A stretch of DNA of 64,000 nucleotides from a virus: positions 1 through 64,000 of the IMG/VR virus record IMGVR_UViG_3300034175_000062; one strand, given 5' to 3'. Positions 30,692 to 38,484 of this stretch are shown one piece after another (position 1 is the stretch's first letter; each line of letters opens with the position of its first letter). A program made the translations under genes and the position numbers. Under the pieces are notes generated by a model that saw only the letters and a program-made list of their open reading frames with translations, had not been told where the DNA came from and made no database searches.

Positions 30692-30788
30692 GTTATAGCT
30701 CCTGCAGATGTAGTATCCGTAGATAAGACCAGTATGGTCGGATAAATAATACATCCATAGGCGTAATCACTCTAACAGTAGGTGATGT

Positions 30789-31097
30789 GTGAATCCAGAC
30801 TCAGCTAAAGTAGACTCTATCCTGCATACAGTAAGTGACCAAGAGCGCTTGCGACTGGTAGGTGAGAGCCTTATTGCTGCATATGGCGAAGGCGTAGAAG
30901 CTTTCGATGATACGATGAACATGTTTACTAGCATCCTTGATGGTCTTCATTCCATCACAGCAGGCGTTCATCCTGAGACATGCAAACTAAACAGAGCTGA
31001 GAATATCCTAGAGAGGCTGATGTCCAATGGGCGAAATGAGCATATCAGTCGGGAACTTTCAGGCCTTGATGGATCTGACGGACAACCCTGCGCCTGA
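30789..31097 (+). CDS. hypothetical protein
   Basis: GTG start with AGGTGA RBS downstream of promoter. Confidence 0.55.
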   Translation: MNPDSAKVDSILHTVSDQERLRLVGESLIAAYGEGVEAFDDTMNMFTSILDGLHSITAGVHPETCKLNRAENILERLMSNGRNEHISRELSGLDGSDGQPCA

Positions 31098-31251
31098 ACC
31101 GCCTCAGGAAGACGATACAGTAGTTAAACTGCTAAGCATGGATGGCAAACAGTCGACCTTCCTTGTTAGACTAGACGACTTTACTTATAGATATGCAGGA
31201 ATTGAATACCATGAAGTACGTGGAGACGCTGACGCGTCACGAGAAGACTGA
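31027..31251 (+). CDS. hypothetical protein (start uncertain)
   Basis: Fills the gap in the + operon but overlaps both neighbours. Confidence 0.35.
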   Translation: MGEMSISVGNFQALMDLTDNPAPEPPQEDDTVVKLLSMDGKQSTFLVRLDDFTYRYAGIEYHEVRGDADASRED

Positions 31252-31477
31252 ATTCGTTACTACTGCCGTACTTGCGCTGATGGATAACCACGCGCCCATT
31301 TCTACTGCCGATCTGGATGACGATTGGTCCTCCCTGGATATCGATCCTCTTGACATGGTCGAACTGGTCATGGAGATCGAAGATCATCTCAACATTAGTA
31401 TCTCGCAAGACGATGTTGATGAGTGCGATACCCCACAGCAACTAATTGAACTGGTAGATTCTATCTATGGCTGCTAA
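31211..31477 (+). CDS. acyl carrier protein-like, phosphopantetheine Ser replaced by Pro
   Basis: LDIDPLDMVELVMEIEDHLNISISQDD matches the ACP pattern LGxDSLDxVELVMxLEExF; codon CCT at the Ser position. Confidence 0.85.
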   Translation: MKYVETLTRHEKTEFVTTAVLALMDNHAPISTADLDDDWSSLDIDPLDMVELVMEIEDHLNISISQDDVDECDTPQQLIELVDSIYGC

Positions 31478-31934
31478 TATCGTCTACAAGCAGGGCGACA
31501 TGCTGCTTGGACCTGAGTACTTCATCGCTCATGGTTGTAACGCCCAAGGCAAGATGGGCTCCGGCGTAGCTAAGGCCGTTCGAGCAAAATATCCCATCGC
31601 ATATGAAGAATACTATCAAGCCTGGGCTCGGCATCAGTTGACCCTTGGTAACGTGATCGTAGCTCATGCTAAAGATCGATGCATCTTCAATATCATCACA
31701 CAAACCTTCTATGGTCGTGATCCTAATGTCGTCTATGTCGACTATGATGCTATCCGTGATGGTATCCTCTTCATTAATGACTTCATGCGTAACTATGCAC
31801 ATCCATCTGTAGCATTCCCACGCATCGGTGCTTCGCTAGGTGGTGGCGATTGGAAAGTCATCTCATCCATCATCGAAAACGCGGCTACATTCCAGCCGGT
31901 CGTATATATCCACGAGGTCGATCCCGATGCATAA
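31467..31934 (+). CDS. macrodomain ADP-ribose hydrolase (Tk.4/DarG/TARG1-like)
   Basis: GDML, HGCNAQGKMGSGVA, FPRIGASLGGGDW. Confidence 0.92.
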   Translation: MAANIVYKQGDMLLGPEYFIAHGCNAQGKMGSGVAKAVRAKYPIAYEEYYQAWARHQLTLGNVIVAHAKDRCIFNIITQTFYGRDPNVVYVDYDAIRDGILFINDFMRNYAHPSVAFPRIGASLGGGDWKVISSIIENAATFQPVVYIHEVDPDA

Positions 31935-32202
31935 GAAGCCTGACCTGATCAAGGTCTTCAAAGTCGAAGGTCTGGTAGAACCAAAGACTCTCATTGACGA
32001 AACTAATGAGCAGGTCAACGAGAAGACTCCATTCGCTGTCACGGAAGACATCAAGGAGATCGTAGATATCCTGAATGGTTACGTCATGGCTCAAGACATC
32101 GAGAAGGCTATTAAGGCTGTCGAAGCTTTGAGCATTCGAGTCACTTCTTTGGCTCTTACGATCTATTCCATCCGTGGTATGTTTGGCGGTGACGAGAAAT
32201 GA
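31927..32202 (+). CDS. hypothetical protein
   Basis: ATG overlaps the macrodomain 3' end; coupled to NADAR. Confidence 0.6.
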   Translation: MHKKPDLIKVFKVEGLVEPKTLIDETNEQVNEKTPFAVTEDIKEIVDILNGYVMAQDIEKAIKAVEALSIRVTSLALTIYSIRGMFGGDEK

Positions 32203-32651
32203 TTAAAGGCTTCTTCGGCCAACATCGTTGGCTGAGCAACTTCTGGTATGCTCCTTTCGTTCATTGTGGTTTTGAATACGACACTGTCGAACACTACTAC
32301 CAAGCACGTAAAGCTGCCGATCCAGCAGAGGCAGAAGCTATTCGTAATGCTGAATCTCCTGCCGTCGCTAAGAGGATGGGCCAGGAAGTCACTAATTTTG
32401 CACCTAACATGCCAAAGCTGAGGCGGATGGTCATGAAGATCGGTGTAGAAGAGAAGTTTCTGCAAAATAACGATCTAAAGCAACTTCTCATCAATACTGG
32501 TGACGAATACCTAGAAGAGACTAACACGTGGGGTGATACCTACTGGGGAGTCTGTAATGGTGTTGGTACTAACCATCTCGGTTTTATGTTAATGGATATC
32601 CGTCGCAGTCTGCAGATGGATAAGTTCTGGGTTTCGATTCATGGCAATTAA
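32199..32651 (+). CDS. NADAR (YbiA/RibX-like) family protein
   Basis: LSNFW, TVEHYYQARK, KFLQN, LLINTG, WGDTYWG, NHLG..LM. Confidence 0.93.
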   Translation: MIKGFFGQHRWLSNFWYAPFVHCGFEYDTVEHYYQARKAADPAEAEAIRNAESPAVAKRMGQEVTNFAPNMPKLRRMVMKIGVEEKFLQNNDLKQLLINTGDEYLEETNTWGDTYWGVCNGVGTNHLGFMLMDIRRSLQMDKFWVSIHGN

Positions 32652-32868
32652 AGTAGTTCATCGTGGCACTCCGCCATCAGAAATCGTTTATAGCACAACA
32701 TGTATCGGCTGCAAGTCGGTACTAGAGTTTAACGAATCAGATGCTCCTATGAAGGGTGAGCAGCGCGATGGTTATGCGCACGTGCTTCAGTGTCCCGTGT
32801 GTAATATCGAAAATTGGATCTCTACTTTAAAGCGAAAGTGTGACCTGCGAAATATTGATCCATACTAA
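32641..32868 (+). CDS. zinc-ribbon protein
   Basis: CIGC...CPVC. Confidence 0.7.
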   Translation: MAIKVVHRGTPPSEIVYSTTCIGCKSVLEFNESDAPMKGEQRDGYAHVLQCPVCNIENWISTLKRKCDLRNIDPY

Positions 32869-32873
32869 TGTGG

Positions 32874-32902
32874 TTGACATTTTAGTACCTTTGTAATATA
32901 GT
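32874..32902 (+). promoter_or_regulatory. sigma70-type promoter
   Basis: TTGACA-N17-TATAGT. Confidence 0.75.
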
Positions 32903-32923
32903 GACTTATTCCTGGAGTATATA

Positions 32924-33283
32924 ATGAACACTGAACTTAAGACCAAGTGGCTTGCCGCACTCCGTAGCGGCGAATATACGCAGACTTCTGGATCTCTTCG
33001 TGATAACGATGGCCATTGCTGTCTCGGGGTCCTCTGTGATGTCATCGATCACACTGCATGGGTTGATGACTTTGATGAATCTGATGACAAAGTCTCTTCG
33101 TACTTTCAGCTTCCGACTCGCTACAATCCCAATAACGGGACTGTTGGCGGCTACTTCGATCACGACCAGCTCGAGCTTCTAGGCATTACGTCTGTTGTGC
33201 AGAGCAAAGCTATGTCGATGAACGATAGCAAGGATTTCGACTTTAATGCTATCGCTGATTATCTCGAAGAGAACCTCGCCTGA
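32924..33283 (+). CDS. hypothetical phage protein, paralogue A
   Basis: KWLAALRSGEY.Q...LR..CCLGVLCD...MND..DFNAIADYLE. Confidence 0.8.
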   Translation: MNTELKTKWLAALRSGEYTQTSGSLRDNDGHCCLGVLCDVIDHTAWVDDFDESDDKVSSYFQLPTRYNPNNGTVGGYFDHDQLELLGITSVVQSKAMSMNDSKDFDFNAIADYLEENLA

Positions 33284-33663
33284 TGGATATCGAACTCAAG
33301 AACAAGTGGCTTGCTGCACTTCGTAGTGGTGACTACAAGCAGGGCGCACATCGGTTGCGTACTGTTAATGATTGCTTCTGTTGTCTCGGTGTTCTCTGTG
33401 ACATCATTAACCCCGATGGTTGGGTCGAAGGGGATGACAAAGCTTATAGCTACGACTTTGGTAAGGTCGGTTCTGCCGGCATCCATACGGCAGATATTTC
33501 TCGAGTAATCGCACAAAATCTCGGTCTTCTAGTAGAAGACGAAGACTGTCCGATAGCTGCAAACTACGTACAGAGCATTAAGGACAATGCCATCGATATG
33601 AATGATGATGGTATGCATGACTTTAATGCTATCGCTGACTATCTCGAAGGTGCCATTAAGTGA
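33283..33663 (+). CDS. hypothetical phage protein, paralogue B
   Basis: Same motifs as 32924-33283; tandem duplicate. Confidence 0.8.
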   Translation: MDIELKNKWLAALRSGDYKQGAHRLRTVNDCFCCLGVLCDIINPDGWVEGDDKAYSYDFGKVGSAGIHTADISRVIAQNLGLLVEDEDCPIAANYVQSIKDNAIDMNDDGMHDFNAIADYLEGAIK

Positions 33664-33974
33664 TCTTTGCCAACGTCAATGCTGGCCACTACATCATCCT
33701 TGAAGCCGATGTAGTGATCGCCACTGTCAAGCGCCGCTACGAGAAGCTCGGCTACAAGGAATGGTCTCAGGCCATATACGAAGTAGTATGGAAAGATCCA
33801 TCTCTGCCGATGGAGTCCTTTAAGCGCATCTCAGACATCCAGAAGTTCTATCCGTTCGAGAACTATGGCGGGTATAACAGCGTTTTGGTCGAGAATGTCA
33901 AGTCGACTAATAGACCCAGTAAGCGCAGAATCCCAGAACGAGTTATGCGCCCCAGAAGCATCTACGTAGACTAA
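33660..33974 (+). CDS. hypothetical protein
   Basis: Coupled GTGA overlap. Confidence 0.6.
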   Translation: MIFANVNAGHYIILEADVVIATVKRRYEKLGYKEWSQAIYEVVWKDPSLPMESFKRISDIQKFYPFENYGGYNSVLVENVKSTNRPSKRRIPERVMRPRSIYVD

Positions 33975-34012
33975 TCTCTCTCCACTCGACGATTTTTCAG
34001 AAGGCCCTTTTT

Positions 34013-34252
34013 ATGGAACCGAAGACTTACATGTATGGCGCTCTGCAAGAGTCTATAGCCCAGCTGAATGCTCTGAGTGAACAGCCAAAGCCTCAGATGA
34101 CCGCTGCTGAGATCGCTGAAGATGCTAAGAAGCGCTCGATCGACGCATACAATGAAGGGATCCGTCTCGAAGACAGTGGTCTCTATAAGGATGCGAGAGA
34201 CGCCTTCAAAGAGTCTGCGCGTTTCAGCCAGATCGCGTACATGATATGGTAA
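34013..34252 (+). CDS. hypothetical protein
   Basis: ORF with AAGG RBS in the + operon. Confidence 0.6.
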   Translation: MEPKTYMYGALQESIAQLNALSEQPKPQMTAAEIAEDAKKRSIDAYNEGIRLEDSGLYKDARDAFKESARFSQIAYMIW

Positions 34253-34441
34253 TCCAGTTTGTCCCTAAGGCGCAAAGGGAAGCTCTCTCAAAAGAGAACA
34301 AGTATTTGCGCCACTTGAACCAATACCCTCGTGGTACTGAAATGCTGAAAGAAATGAAGTAATGTTTACGTTCCTCCTTGGTGCCGCACTCGGTGCCGCT
34401 GCTACGTACTACTACGATCGCCGCGACGCCTAAGAAGTCCT

Positions 34442-34478
34442 AGAGGGCGATGGGTGTAATATCTATCGCCCTCTGTTT
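34442..34478 (+). terminator. intrinsic terminator-like hairpin
   Basis: AGAGGGCGATGG...CTATCGCCCTCT then GTTT. Confidence 0.55.
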
Positions 34479-34565
34479 AGAGAGAAAATTGAATGTACTG
34501 GTTAATCGGATATCTGATCTTTATCGTTACATTCGCTGTCGCCCTAGGGACCATGGCTAAAGACA

Positions 34566-34760
34566 ATGACTGACAAAGAACGTACATATTATGCCGAGGC
34601 TCTTCAGATAGCTGTTGAAGAGTACAATGCAGCTCTGAAAGAAGCGAAGAATGAGGCCGGCCTGACTGTCGTTATGCAGACTAATACAGATGGTAGTCTT
34701 TATATCCGTAAAGTGTATGTCAATACGGTCAAGTATTTCATCGGAAAAGACGGTGCTTAA
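34566..34760 (+). CDS. hypothetical protein
   Basis: ORF track; operon context. Confidence 0.55.
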   Translation: MTDKERTYYAEALQIAVEEYNAALKEAKNEAGLTVVMQTNTDGSLYIRKVYVNTVKYFIGKDGA

Positions 34761-34926
34761 GCCCGAGATCTTCACGGTACGAGTCAAGACTCCTGTGCTG
34801 CTTCAAACGACTGATAAGGCTATGGTCTTTAGCCGATTTGGTAAGATGGCCTATCTGTACGAAGTGCGTAATCAAAACGGTGAGTTGATAGATATCGCCA
34901 GCCTTAATCCACGCCCTAAAAACTGA
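34753..34926 (+). CDS. hypothetical protein
   Basis: GTG overlapping the upstream gene end. Confidence 0.5.
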   Translation: MLKPEIFTVRVKTPVLLQTTDKAMVFSRFGKMAYLYEVRNQNGELIDIASLNPRPKN

Positions 34927-34955
34927 TTGACATTTTCTTGGCGGCCTGGTATATT
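34927..34955 (+). promoter_or_regulatory. sigma70-type promoter
   Basis: TTGACA-N17-TATATT. Confidence 0.7.
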
Positions 34956-34986
34956 CTAATCATGTAAAGTGGAAGGGGTCAATATA

Positions 34987-35163
34987 ATGGATGTAGTCTA
35001 CGTTCTCTATTCCGGAACGATCGCGACTAGTGAGGATGATGACGGATACGGCTTTACCGACGATCTAGAGCTGGCCAACGTCATCACCGACCAGAATAAT
35101 AAGACGGCTGCGGCTGATCAGTGCTTCTGGTATGAAACGATCAATCGGATCACCACAGCATGA
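34987..35163 (+). CDS. hypothetical protein
   Basis: GAAGGGG RBS after promoter. Confidence 0.55.
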   Translation: MDVVYVLYSGTIATSEDDDGYGFTDDLELANVITDQNNKTAAADQCFWYETINRITTA

Positions 35164-35336
35164 AGTGGCTCCTCCTTTTGTACATCTGGAGCGGCGATGC
35201 TCCAGTCACGGTCATCGAACTAAAGAGCAAGGCCGATTGCCTTCGAGTGGCTAACATCCACATCAAGGTTCCTCGTTATTCTGCAGACGGTGACATCAAG
35301 ATCGGTACGGCTCGATGTATCCCGGTGTCGAAGTGA
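35160..35336 (+). CDS. small exported/membrane protein (MKWLLLLYIWSG...), not in ORF track
   Basis: Read manually: 58 aa, ATGA coupling upstream and GTGA coupling downstream. Confidence 0.55.
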   Translation: MKWLLLLYIWSGDAPVTVIELKSKADCLRVANIHIKVPRYSADGDIKIGTARCIPVSK

Positions 35337-36058
35337 GGGAGAAGTTCAACAGTCGAGTAGCACGTCTCGTCGATAAGATGAAGATGTCGCAGACTCCTGT
35401 TCCCGGCTTCATTATCGGTCTGAGCGGTACGGACTCGATGTTGGCTTTTCATATCTGTTATGAAGCCTGTGCACGAATGGATATGGCTCATCGAGTCTAT
35501 GGTATCCATTACGTCGGCGAAGGTAACAAACCCGGCTGGTTTCAGAACGAGATCATGCCGTTCATGCGTGAGCAGTTTCCTGAAGCTCGTCTAGAGGTTA
35601 AGGTTCCCCTTGGCGGTAACCAAGATCAGCAGCGATGGGCAGATATCCATCTACGGTCACTCAATTTAGTCGGTGTAGACGATATCCAACCGCTAGAGCC
35701 CAAAGACCGTTACTGGGTCGTTGGCACCATGAACGCGACTGAAGCTGAGCTGGGTACGTACAGTATTCTATCCACAGCTTGTTCGGTCCAACCGATCCGG
35801 TCCCTCTGGAAGACAGAGGTCATTCGTATCTCGACGGTGCTGGAGTATCCACCCATAGCGATCGAGATGTCTCATATGCCGGACTGCTTCTGTGGTCGTG
35901 ATGAACTAGCTGCTCAGAACATCGAGATGCTAGATCTGATCCTCCGATATCGTATTCCGCATGACACCGAGGGCTCCCTCATCGTTCAGCTGGATACGTT
36001 CATCCGCGAGAACAAGGAAGCCAACGCTTTCAAGAGTAGGATACCATACGTCATATGA
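35315..36058 (+). CDS. divergent NAD synthetase (NadE)-like PP-loop ATP pyrophosphatase (probable start GTG 35333)
   Basis: FIIGLSGTDS, VVGTMNATE..LG.YS, QPIRSLWKTEV. Confidence 0.72.
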   Translation: MYPGVEVREKFNSRVARLVDKMKMSQTPVPGFIIGLSGTDSMLAFHICYEACARMDMAHRVYGIHYVGEGNKPGWFQNEIMPFMREQFPEARLEVKVPLGGNQDQQRWADIHLRSLNLVGVDDIQPLEPKDRYWVVGTMNATEAELGTYSILSTACSVQPIRSLWKTEVIRISTVLEYPPIAIEMSHMPDCFCGRDELAAQNIEMLDLILRYRIPHDTEGSLIVQLDTFIRENKEANAFKSRIPYVI

Positions 36059-36246
36059 CAGCTGTCTATAAGATATCCATCCTACGTCGCGAGGACTATA
36101 GCGGCGAACATCGGTCATGGATCGAGGAAGTCGAGCTCCCAGCTGAACTGGTCGAAAAGATCATAGCTGATGCAGCACCAACAAAGAAGAGGGGCTGGTT
36201 TTGCCGATCACGCGAACAGCTAAAGACAATTATCACGCGGAATTGA
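36055..36246 (+). CDS. hypothetical protein
   Basis: ATGA coupling. Confidence 0.55.
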   Translation: MTAVYKISILRREDYSGEHRSWIEEVELPAELVEKIIADAAPTKKRGWFCRSREQLKTIITRN

Positions 36247-36431
36247 CCAACAAGAACTACACCCTGGCCGATCTATCCGACCTACTGGTGGATCAAACGG
36301 GCGTCTGGACTCCTGATCAATTCCTTGATAAGATCGGCTATCTCGAGGTAGGCGACTCTACTCGTGCTCCGTATCCACTCATCGTCCCAAGGTCAGTAGA
36401 CTGAGGGACGATTTTTGTAAGGCCATGTTTT

Positions 36432-36668
36432 ATGACGAACGAGAATGAAAACGAAGACATTCTGCGCATCTTAGAAGAACAGGTTGCCGAACATAGTGCA
36501 CGTAATGCTCGGATCATTGCAGCTATCGAAGAGCACAAACAACGCCTGATAGCTGAAGGTCCAGAGGCATGTCTCGACTATCTGAACAAACTCGGCTTTA
36601 CAAACATTCGGATCCAGCAGGAACAGGAGGAAGACTATGTCCCCACAGTTACAACGACTCAGCGGTGA
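36432..36668 (+). CDS. hypothetical protein
   Basis: ORF with AAGG RBS. Confidence 0.55.
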   Translation: MTNENENEDILRILEEQVAEHSARNARIIAAIEEHKQRLIAEGPEACLDYLNKLGFTNIRIQQEQEEDYVPTVTTTQR

Positions 36669-36933
36669 GATCCTCAATCTGATCTCGACGTTTCTCAAAC
36701 ATGGTCTGGTTACTCCTGAAGAGATCGGAACCGTACTGATCATCGACAAGAAGACCGAGAACGATCAGGCCAATTACACACGTATTCAGCGATTTTTGCT
36801 GGATAGCGATGTCTTCAGTGAGAAGTGCGGCTTCGAGATCACTGATCAAGACGCTTACGAGACAATGTGCTCTGAACTGGCTACCGAGCTGCTCGAAAAA
36901 TTTGTCATGGTGCCTATTGTTGAAAGCGGCTGA
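36637..36933 (+). CDS. hypothetical protein
   Basis: GGAGG RBS; last gene before the convergent junction. Confidence 0.6.
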   Translation: MSPQLQRLSGEILNLISTFLKHGLVTPEEIGTVLIIDKKTENDQANYTRIQRFLLDSDVFSEKCGFEITDQDAYETMCSELATELLEKFVMVPIVESG

Positions 36934-37105
36934 GTCGCGCTGAATACAAACTGTCTTTATTCTGTGCGCCAGCTGAAAGCAACTGAACAATCAATCTGAA
37001 CATTTCGGAAAATTCTGACTAGCGCAAGGATTGAGGCTCCTTTTTGGATACCAACTCAATGGGAACCCATGGGGCCCCGCAGCGTTACACATTGCCACTT
37101 GCGAC

Positions 37106-37135
37106 AAGGGTGCCACCCTTTCGGACGACACCCTT
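37106..37135 (-). terminator. GAAA-tetraloop hairpin at the end of the leftward early block
   Basis: Minus strand AAGGGTGTCGTCC-GAAA-GGGTGGCACCCTT. Confidence 0.5.
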
Positions 37136-37167
37136 CAGTCATTGTCTGTGTGGGGCGATGCCCTGGA

Positions 37168-37503
37168 TCAGACCAGGAGCATCATCCGGGCGTCGAACTC
37201 TTCCTCGGTCTCGGTGGGCTCGGGGAGGGCTGCGTCACCCAGGACGATGAAGCCCTTGTCCGCGTCGTGGCGGATATCGTCCTGGCGGAGCCCGGCGTCG
37301 AAGGCGTCCTGGATGGTCTCGATGCCGGGGGCGAAGTAGCCCTGGAATCGCTCGTAGCTCATCGTGCCCTTCTTCTTGGGGTTCTCGGCCACCACGACCT
37401 TCAGCGGGGTCAGGAGGTAGAGGTCCTTCTTCGTCATGGTCTCGCCTTCAGCAGCGGCCAGGGCGAGGATGGACTGGGCCCAGGTTGCGTTGGTGGTCGT
37501 CAT
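37168..37503 (-). CDS. early protein with NPK-domain (paralogue of 51746-52393)
   Basis: AENPKKKGTMSYERFQGY..TIQDAFDAGLRQDDIRHDADKG; GC-rich codons; own promoter. Confidence 0.8.
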   Translation of the reverse strand: MTTTNATWAQSILALAAAEGETMTKKDLYLLTPLKVVVAENPKKKGTMSYERFQGYFAPGIETIQDAFDAGLRQDDIRHDADKGFIVLGDAALPEPTETEEEFDARMMLLV

Positions 37504-37735
37504 GGTGATTTCCCTTCCGTTTTGGAGAACCCCTTGTTCCCCTTTGATGTTACCATTCTATACAATACGCAATGCGTTGTAAACGGTTATTTTGATCGAG
37601 GCGCAAGTCTTTCTGGCCATCTGAGAGCGATCAACCATGCATGGCACGCTCCTACCATGGGACTCAGATCACCTCTGACGCCCTCAACTTTCTCCTTTAC
37701 AAAGTGGATGTATCGACTTAGAATGGGCCATCATC

Positions 37736-37924
37736 CTAAGACAATTTCGGCCTGGTCTCCCAGTCGACCTTCTCCATCGCGTACCCCATGCGGTAGGCAG
37801 CGAGTCGATGATGGTCGAGATCGGGGTTACCGAGTGGCTTGCCGGCGAGGAAGTCCTCCTGTCCCTGCTTGTACGCGTCGTGTTCTGCTGGAGCGTCGTT
37901 CCGCGGCTTTACGCTGATATGCAT
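37736..37924 (-). CDS. small early protein, weak Rmf/CrpP-like pattern
   Basis: AGGAG RBS; AYKQGQEDFLAGKP...AYRMGY. Confidence 0.6.
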   Translation of the reverse strand: MHISVKPRNDAPAEHDAYKQGQEDFLAGKPLGNPDLDHHRLAAYRMGYAMEKVDWETRPKLS

Positions 37925-38154
37925 AGCGCTGTCTCCTGGTTGTGATAGACGGCGATAGCGAGCGCCCAATACTGTAGCGACTCGTACGGCACGCCTTCGA
38001 TCTCTTTCGGTACGCCCTGTGGACGCTGACCGTGGAAGATAATTGCCCACTGATCGTGGCCCATATATCGAGCCTGAGCGTAGAGGATCTTCTCGTCGTT
38101 GCTGACGAAGTGCAGCTGGTCTTCCTTGCGGATCCAGGTGATGCTAGTCGACAT
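37909..38154 (-). CDS. hypothetical early protein
   Basis: AAGGAGG RBS, own promoter. Confidence 0.75.
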   Translation of the reverse strand: MSTSITWIRKEDQLHFVSNDEKILYAQARYMGHDQWAIIFHGQRPQGVPKEIEGVPYESLQYWALAIAVYHNQETALCISA

Positions 38155-38292
38155 CGTTATCCTCCTTGCCTTACCCTCTTATTCTATCATGAGATCAATG
38201 CCATGTAAAGGGCTATTTTAGCGCTCGCAATCAAGGCCACGCCATCAATGCCTATCTAGACGCGCAATGCGCCCGCTGGTCGATCGATCGAT

Positions 38293-38484
38293 TCAGCTGT
38301 TATACTGCACAGACTCGATACAGTCGGCCGCGATAGTGAGAGTATCGAAGGGGCTGTTGCTCTTCGATGTGTCCATGACGACCTCGTTGTGCTCCTGGTG
38401 ATAGGCGCTGATGTGTCCACGATACTCGGCACCGCTCTTGGTCCGGATGATGCACTGTAGATCGAGAAGTGGGTTCAAACGCAT
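38293..38484 (-). CDS. small early protein, possible Sm/Hfq-like fold
   Basis: GGGAG RBS; IRTKSGAEYRGHI...VVM...IAADCIESV. Confidence 0.65.
   Translation of the reverse strand: MRLNPLLDLQCIIRTKSGAEYRGHISAYHQEHNEVVMDTSKSNSPFDTLTIAADCIESVQYNS

Noticed and set aside
36934-37100. Repeated CTGAA words at the convergent junction as iterons
   Set aside because: Too short and irregularly spaced to distinguish from chance
37069-37917. 282-aa + strand ORF
   Set aside because: Antisense shadow of GC-rich minus-strand genes; runs through promoters; no RBS
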